Shown here: one piece after another, positions 57,985 to 64,000 of the stretch
How the letters are laid out: each line of letters starts with the position of its first letter
Numbering within the stretch: the stretch's first letter is position 1
Assembly (NCBI GenBank): GCA_028287105.1
Contig: JAQBQH010000154.1
Span: forward strand, 28,095-92,094
Direction of reading: 5' to 3'
From: Myxococcales bacterium
GTDB taxonomy: Bacteria > Myxococcota_A > Polyangia > Palsa-1104
DNA: 64,000 nt
Made by a program: the position numbers and the translations under genes
Notes under the pieces: generated by a model
Told to the model about the DNA's origin: nothing
Database searches by the model: none
What the model saw: the letters and a program-made list of their open reading frames with translations, nothing else

Positions 57985-58890
57985 CTACGCCGTCTTCGAC
58001 AGACCCTCGACGCGGCCGGGCTGCATGAAGTCGACCGCGTCGCGGATGACGTGGAGGTCGGCGAGCAGCCGGCGATGGCCGAGCTTCTCGACGGTGCGCA
58101 GCTGCGCATCGGGCCAGGCCAGCGCCAGCGCGGCGGCCTGCGCGTAGGGCGCCTCGCGATCGCGCGGGTCGTGGATGATGAGCCCGGCCGAGCTGAACGA
58201 GGGCGCGCGCGTGCGGACGTCGAAGGAATCGAAGGGGCCGATCTCGGCCTCGGCGCGGGCGAGGACGCCGTCGATGCGGCGTGGCGTGAGGCCGAGCGAG
58301 GCGGCGAAGCCGCGCACGAAGAAGCTGAGCTCGACGGCGGGCGCGAGCAGCGCGAGGCGGTCGGCGGTGAGACCGTGTCCGAGCGCCAGGAGCGCGGCGG
58401 TGGCGCCGAGTGAGTGGCCGATGACGCCGTGCACGCGATAGGCTTTGGCGGCGACGGCGGCCGTCGCGGCGGCGAAGTCGCGCACGGTGGCGCGGCGGCC
58501 GGCGGAGGAGCCGTGCGCGGGCTGGTCGTAGGCGAGGACGTGGAAGCCGGCGTCGAGGAGCGGACGAACGAAGCCGCTCATCTGCGCGGCGGTGCCGCCC
58601 CAGCCGTGGGCGAGCAGCACCGTCGGGCCGGAGTCGCCCCAGTCGTAGGCGCACAGGCGGCCGACGGGGCCGTCGATCCAGAACTGGTGCGTCTTGACGC
58701 CGCTGACCTCGGGCGCGGCGGGCGAGGTGTGCGGCGCGGTGACGAAGCGCGCGAGGGCGGCGCGCTCGACCCACGGCGCGGCCACATAGGAGCCGACGGT
58801 CCAACCCGCAGTCCAGCCTGCGGCCCGACTACGGACACGAACGTTCGTACTTTTATGCGACGGCGAGGCAGGGGAGGTGGCGGCGCTCAT
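57985..58890 (-). CDS. Alpha/beta hydrolase fold protein
   Basis: AGGAG RBS. HGWGG oxyanion region and GHSLGA nucleophile elbow. Confidence 0.75.
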   Translation of the reverse strand: MSAATSPASPSHKSTNVRVRSRAAGWTAGWTVGSYVAAPWVERAALARFVTAPHTSPAAPEVSGVKTHQFWIDGPVGRLCAYDWGDSGPTVLLAHGWGGTAAQMSGFVRPLLDAGFHVLAYDQPAHGSSAGRRATVRDFAAATAAVAAKAYRVHGVIGHSLGATAALLALGHGLTADRLALLAPAVELSFFVRGFAASLGLTPRRIDGVLARAEAEIGPFDSFDVRTRAPSFSSAGLIIHDPRDREAPYAQAAALALAWPDAQLRTVEKLGHRRLLADLHVIRDAVDFMQPGRVEGLSKTA

Positions 58891-58902
58891 GTGCTGCTCC
58901 TG

Positions 58903-59497
58903 TCAAAGGGCCTTGCTGCTCTGGACCAGCCGATCGAAGGCCCGGCGCGCCCGCGTCAGCGCCTTGGGATCCCGCAACAGCCGATGGGCATGATTGAAGG
59001 CGAGGACGATGCCATACATCTCGAACGCGAGCTGCTCGCAGTCGGTGCCGGCGACGAGGTGGCCGACGTCGACGCCGAGCCGCACCGTCCTGGCCAGCGT
59101 GGTCAGGAGGTCCTTCTGGGTGGCGGCGAGGAAGTCGCGCGCGCGGCCCGGCTTGTCGTCGAGCTCCGCGCTGGCAGCGACGAAGACGCAGCCGCCTGGC
59201 AGCGACGGATCGGTGACCCAGGAGAGCCAGTTCTCGAAGACCTTGCGCAAGCGGGGCAGGCCGCGCGGCGCGACGAATCCCTTCTTCAACACGTGGTCCT
59301 GGAAATACTCGGCGGCGGCGCGCAGCACTTCGACCTGCAGCTCCTCCTTCGATCCGAAGTGCGCGAAGAGGCCGCTCTTGGAGAGACCGAGATCGGCGGC
59401 GAGGGTGCCGACCGTGAGCCCGTTGAGACCGTCGCGACTGGCAAGCCGGAAGGCCCGCTCGACGATGCGCTCCCGGGTCTCTTCGCCCTTGCTGCTC
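58903..59497 (-). CDS. TetR/AcrR family transcriptional regulator
   Basis: Start MSSKGEETRERIVERAFRLASRDGLNGLTVGTLAADLGLSKSGLFAHFGSKEELQ (TetR HTH). Size is 198 aa. It lies upstream of the hydrolase on the same strand. Confidence 0.85.
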
Positions 59498-59530
59498 ATG
59501 ATTGAAAAGTACGACCGTTCGTTTTCTTTG

Positions 59531-60604
59531 TCAAGGGACGTTGTGCGCGCCGCCCCGCCCGTCGCGGCGAAAGGTCCCGGGCGGCTTGCCCGTCCAGCGC
59601 TTGAAGGCACGGCTGAAGGTGGCCAGATCGGCGAATCCGAGGCGCCAGCCGATCTCCGCCAGCGGCAGCTCGCCCTCGACGAGCGCGCGCCTCGCCTCGT
59701 CGGCGCGCACGGCGTCGAGCACCTCGGAGAACTGCGCGCCCGTCTCGCCGAGCCGCCGCTGCAGCGTGCGCGCGCTCATGTGCAGCGCCGCCGCCACCGC
59801 CTCGACGCCGGCGCTGTCGGGCAGGAGGGCCCGGATGCGCGCCGCCACCTCGTCGGCGAAGTCGCGCGCCGGCGGCTGCGCCCGCAGCGCCGCCTCCGCC
59901 AGCGGCTCCACCGTCGCCAATAGTCGCGGGTCCCCCTCGGTCATGGGCAGCGCGAGGAGCGCCGCGTCGAAGGCGTAGCCGTTGTCGTCGCAGCCGAAGT
60001 CGAGCTCACGGGTGCCGAAGAAACGGTGATAAGGCGCGAGGTCGCGCGGGCGCGCGTGAACGAACCAGACCCGCGTCGCCACCGTCGCGCGCTCGACCGC
60101 GCGCCCGAGGTGCCACGCCGCCGAGCCGAGGCCGTACTCGTGCGTCGCGCGACCGATGCCGCGGGGATAGCCGCGCATCCGCTGCCGCCAGCGCGCCTCC
60201 GTGCCGGCCACCTCGAGCGTCAGCTCCAGGCGCGGATGGATCAAGGAGGCGTAGCGCGTCGTGCGCTCGAGCGCCTCCTGCACCGTGCCGGCGGCGCGCG
60301 CGGCCACCTCGTGCAGCCCGTAGCGACGGAACGGCAGCTCCGCGGGCAGGCGCAGCGCCAGGAAGGGATCGCCGACCAGCGCCGCCGCCTCCTGCATCAT
60401 CTCGTCGGCCCGCGACGGCGTGATGAGCACCTCGTCGCGCTCGGCCGCGTCGGCCGGCAGCCCCACGCGCGCCGCCACGAGCGAGGCATCGAGGCCGCGC
60501 GCCGCCAGCCAGCGCAAGAGCGCCGGCGGCAGCGGCGACGACGACGGCACCTCCTTCGACGTCACGCGCCCCGCCTCGAGCTCACCCTTCACGAGACCAA
60601 GCAT
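59531..60604 (-). CDS. AraC family transcriptional regulator
   Basis: C-terminal AraC HTH (AAALHMSARTLQRRLGETG...IGWRLGFADLATFSRAFKRWTGKPP). Start MLGLVKGELEAG. The longer track ORF extension is antisense to the pentapeptide-repeat gene. Confidence 0.8.
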   Translation of the reverse strand: MLGLVKGELEAGRVTSKEVPSSSPLPPALLRWLAARGLDASLVAARVGLPADAAERDEVLITPSRADEMMQEAAALVGDPFLALRLPAELPFRRYGLHEVAARAAGTVQEALERTTRYASLIHPRLELTLEVAGTEARWRQRMRGYPRGIGRATHEYGLGSAAWHLGRAVERATVATRVWFVHARPRDLAPYHRFFGTRELDFGCDDNGYAFDAALLALPMTEGDPRLLATVEPLAEAALRAQPPARDFADEVAARIRALLPDSAGVEAVAAALHMSARTLQRRLGETGAQFSEVLDAVRADEARRALVEGELPLAEIGWRLGFADLATFSRAFKRWTGKPPGTFRRDGRGGAHNVP

Positions 60605-60716
60605 ACCCGCCCGCGCCAGCCCGCGGCGGCCTGGCGCGATCGGCAAAACCCTTTGGCACGACCGGCGATGGCGCTGCGGCTCGCCCCCCGCTAGGTTCAT
60701 CTGAGGAGGCAGCGTG

Positions 60717-61523
60717 ATGGAGCTCGAGATCAAGCACCGCGACGGCCAGGTCCTCTGGCGCGGCGACGCCCACGACATGTGCGACGCGATTACCCGCGCG
60801 GTGCATGACGCGGTGGACCTCGCCGGCGCCATGCTCGTCGACGCCGATCTCACGGGCGCGAACCTCGAAGAGGCGCGCCTCGCCGGCGCCCAGCTCATGC
60901 GCGCCAACCTGCGCAACGCCAACCTCGAGGAGGCCGACCTGCGCGACGCCGACCTCACCGGCGCGCAGCTCACCGGCGCCAACTTCGAGGAGTGCGATCT
61001 CTGCCGCGCCGTCCTCGTCGACACCCAGGCGCGCGGCGCCAACTTCGAGGAGAGCCTGCTCGAAGGCGCCGACCTGACGCGCGCGCACGCCGAAGGGTGC
61101 AACTTCGAGGAGGCCGATCTGCGCGGCACGACGCTCGAGGGCGCGACCTTCCGCCGCAGCAACTTCGAGGAGGCGCGCATCGAGGGCGCGCACGGCGTGG
61201 GCGCGTCGTTCAGCGGCTGCAACTTCGAGAAGGCGTCGCTGCAGAAGGTCGACCTCGCCGGCGCCGATCTGTCGAGCTGCAACCTGGAGAAGTGCGATCT
61301 GCGCAATGCGCGCCTGTGGGGGGCCAACTTGTCGGGGTCGAACCTGGAGCGGTCGGATCTGCGTGGCGCCGATCTGACCGACGCCGATCTGCGCGAGTCG
61401 AACCTCGACCGCTGCGACGTCGACGAGGCCAAGCTCGACGGGGCCAAGCTCGAGTCGGCCAACGTCTCGCGCCTGCGCGGCCGCCCGGCCAGCGGTGGGC
61501 CGCGGTCGGGACCCTATCGCTAA
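60717..61523 (+). CDS. Pentapeptide-repeat protein
   Basis: GAGGAGG RBS. About 35 consecutive A(D/N)LxG/E-type pentapeptide repeats (DLTGANLEEARLAGAQLMRANLRNANLEEADL...). Confidence 0.85.
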   Translation: MELEIKHRDGQVLWRGDAHDMCDAITRAVHDAVDLAGAMLVDADLTGANLEEARLAGAQLMRANLRNANLEEADLRDADLTGAQLTGANFEECDLCRAVLVDTQARGANFEESLLEGADLTRAHAEGCNFEEADLRGTTLEGATFRRSNFEEARIEGAHGVGASFSGCNFEKASLQKVDLAGADLSSCNLEKCDLRNARLWGANLSGSNLERSDLRGADLTDADLRESNLDRCDVDEAKLDGAKLESANVSRLRGRPASGGPRSGPYR

Positions 61524-61532
61524 GGCTTCAGC

Positions 61533-62342
61533 TCAGGCGGGCGCGACGCCGGTGCGCGCGAGGCTCATCTCGTAACAGCGCTGCTGCAGCGTCCCATCGT
61601 GGGAGTCGCGCGAGGAGCGTGATTCCTCGGTCTGGTCGTAGTAGCGCCCCGTGACGCCCTCCAGCGCCGGATCGGCAGCCAGCTTGGCCTCGGCCTCGCC
61701 GCCCGCGTCGGCGTCGTCGCCACCCATGCTGCCGAATCCCTGACGCAGGAGCTTGGTGCCGATGACGCCCGGATGCATCGCGTTCACCGTCACGCCGCGC
61801 CCATCGAGGCGGCGCGCCAATTCGTAGGTGAAGAGGACGTTCATCAGCTTCGAGCCGCCGTACGCGGCGTAGCCATCGAAGTCGCGCGTGCGATCGAGGT
61901 CGTCCCAGTCGATGCTGGCGCGCATGTGAACCATCGAGCTGACGTTGACGACGCGCGCCGCGCCCGCCGCCAGCAGCGACGGCAACAGCAGATGCGTCAA
62001 CGCGAACGGCGCGAGGTGGTTGACGGCCAGCGTCAGCTCGAAGCCGTCGTCGCTGGTGAGGCGCTCGCGCGTGAAGATGCCGGCGTTGTTGACGAGCGCG
62101 TCGAGCCGCGGCGCCTGTTGCACGACGTCGGCGGCGAGCGCGCGCACCTCGTCGAGCCGCGCGAAATCTCCGGCCACCGGCGCGAACACGCCGCCCGTCT
62201 CGTTCGCGAGCGCCTTCGCCGCCGCCTCCGCTTTGGCCATGGTGCGGCCGTGCACCAGGATGCGCGTTCCTGCCCTGCCCAGCCGCGCTGCCGCGGCCCG
62301 TCCAATGCCGTCGGTCGCACCGGTCACCAAGATCGTCTTCAT
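61533..62342 (-). CDS. SDR family oxidoreductase (retinol-dehydrogenase-like)
   Basis: GGAGG RBS. Start MKTILVTGATDGIGRAAA. The motif is YGGSKLMN (YxxxK). Confidence 0.85.
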   Translation of the reverse strand: MKTILVTGATDGIGRAAAARLGRAGTRILVHGRTMAKAEAAAKALANETGGVFAPVAGDFARLDEVRALAADVVQQAPRLDALVNNAGIFTRERLTSDDGFELTLAVNHLAPFALTHLLLPSLLAAGAARVVNVSSMVHMRASIDWDDLDRTRDFDGYAAYGGSKLMNVLFTYELARRLDGRGVTVNAMHPGVIGTKLLRQGFGSMGGDDADAGGEAEAKLAADPALEGVTGRYYDQTEESRSSRDSHDGTLQQRCYEMSLARTGVAPA

Positions 62343-62353
62343 GACGCCTCCGC

Positions 62354-62779
62354 TCATCCCAGCGCCTTGTCCTCGGCGATGCAAAGCAGCCGCACCGTGC
62401 CGCGCGCCACCAGCTTCTCCTCGGCGTCGTAGATCCAGCCTTCCCACACCTGCGAGCTCTTGCCGCGCGTCACCGGTCGGGCCACGCCGCGTAGCTTGCC
62501 CGTGCGCACCGCGCGAATGAACGAGGTGTGGTTCTCGAGCCCGACGGTACGCTGACCGCGCGACATGGCCACCAGATGCGCGCCAATCGACGCCAGCGTC
62601 TCGATGACGCCGCAGTGCACACCGCCGTGCACGATGCCGTAGCCCTGCTGGTGGCGCTCGCCCACCTCCCACTCGCACTCCACTTCCTCGACGGTGGCGC
62701 GCGTGATGCGGATGCCCATCGCCTGGACCCAGCCATTGCCCGGCATGTTGTTGATCATCGCTGCGAAGTCTTCGGCCAT
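62354..62779 (-). CDS. PaaI/hotdog-fold thioesterase
   Basis: GAGGAG RBS. Start MAEDFAAMINNMPGNGWVQAMGIRI. The motif is HGGVHCGVIETLAS. Confidence 0.75.
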   Translation of the reverse strand: MAEDFAAMINNMPGNGWVQAMGIRITRATVEEVECEWEVGERHQQGYGIVHGGVHCGVIETLASIGAHLVAMSRGQRTVGLENHTSFIRAVRTGKLRGVARPVTRGKSSQVWEGWIYDAEEKLVARGTVRLLCIAEDKALG

Positions 62780-62894
62780 CGCTTCTCCTCTTTTGCAATT
62801 ATGACCGAACAATCGGCCCGTACCGGTGTTGCCGTCGGGATTGGTTGACGCAGGCGTCGAGCTGGTCTACGCCTGCCACACCGTGGAGGTGCCC

Positions 62895-64000
<1,106 letters not shown>

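Noticed and set aside
60605-61462. N-terminal 285 aa of track ORF 59531..61462 (minus)
   Set aside because: It is antisense to the pentapeptide-repeat gene. The AraC protein has a plausible start at 60604.

Overview
This 64 kb window is very GC-rich (about 70% or more by eye) and densely coding on both strands. Two predicted proteins end in a MYXO-CTERM-type tail (Gly/Cys-rich segment, hydrophobic helix, Arg-rich end). Together with the large number of lipobox lipoproteins, this points to a Myxococcota chromosome, possibly Sorangiineae or Nannocystineae. Most genes are core metabolism. The main metabolic features are a long, translationally coupled branched-chain amino-acid supraoperon (ilvD, small ORF, ilvB, ilvN, ilvC, leuA, leuC, leuD, cimA, leuB), preceded by what looks like a Leu/Ile/Val-rich leader peptide and a hairpin-plus-T-run attenuator. 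Others are pntAB transhydrogenase, a 2-oxoacid:ferredoxin oxidoreductase (korAB) with a GltD-like flavoprotein-ferredoxin partner, and a coupled glnS-gltX pair in which GlnRS carries an extra C-terminal tRNA-binding OB domain. Regulatory genes include an ECF sigma/anti-sigma pair, a DksA/TraR protein, a tandem-receiver response regulator, and TetR and AraC regulators. There are many secreted proteins and lipoproteins: a GH1 glycosidase, a pectin-acetylesterase-like protein, a PLD-family protein, a CocE/NonD hydrolase, a VIT-VWA protein, a lactonase, an SH3b-CHAP/NlpC protein and an M16 peptidase. The least characterised module is a translationally coupled pair of a Ddl-like ATP-grasp ligase and an HExxH metallopeptidase, with an upstream small helical protein and short 3' direct repeats. 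I found no tRNA, rRNA, CRISPR array or obvious transposase. Many long ORFs in the supplied track are antisense or out-of-frame artefacts typical of high-GC DNA and were rejected. The track also omits real genes that run off the window edges or are shorter than about 60 aa.
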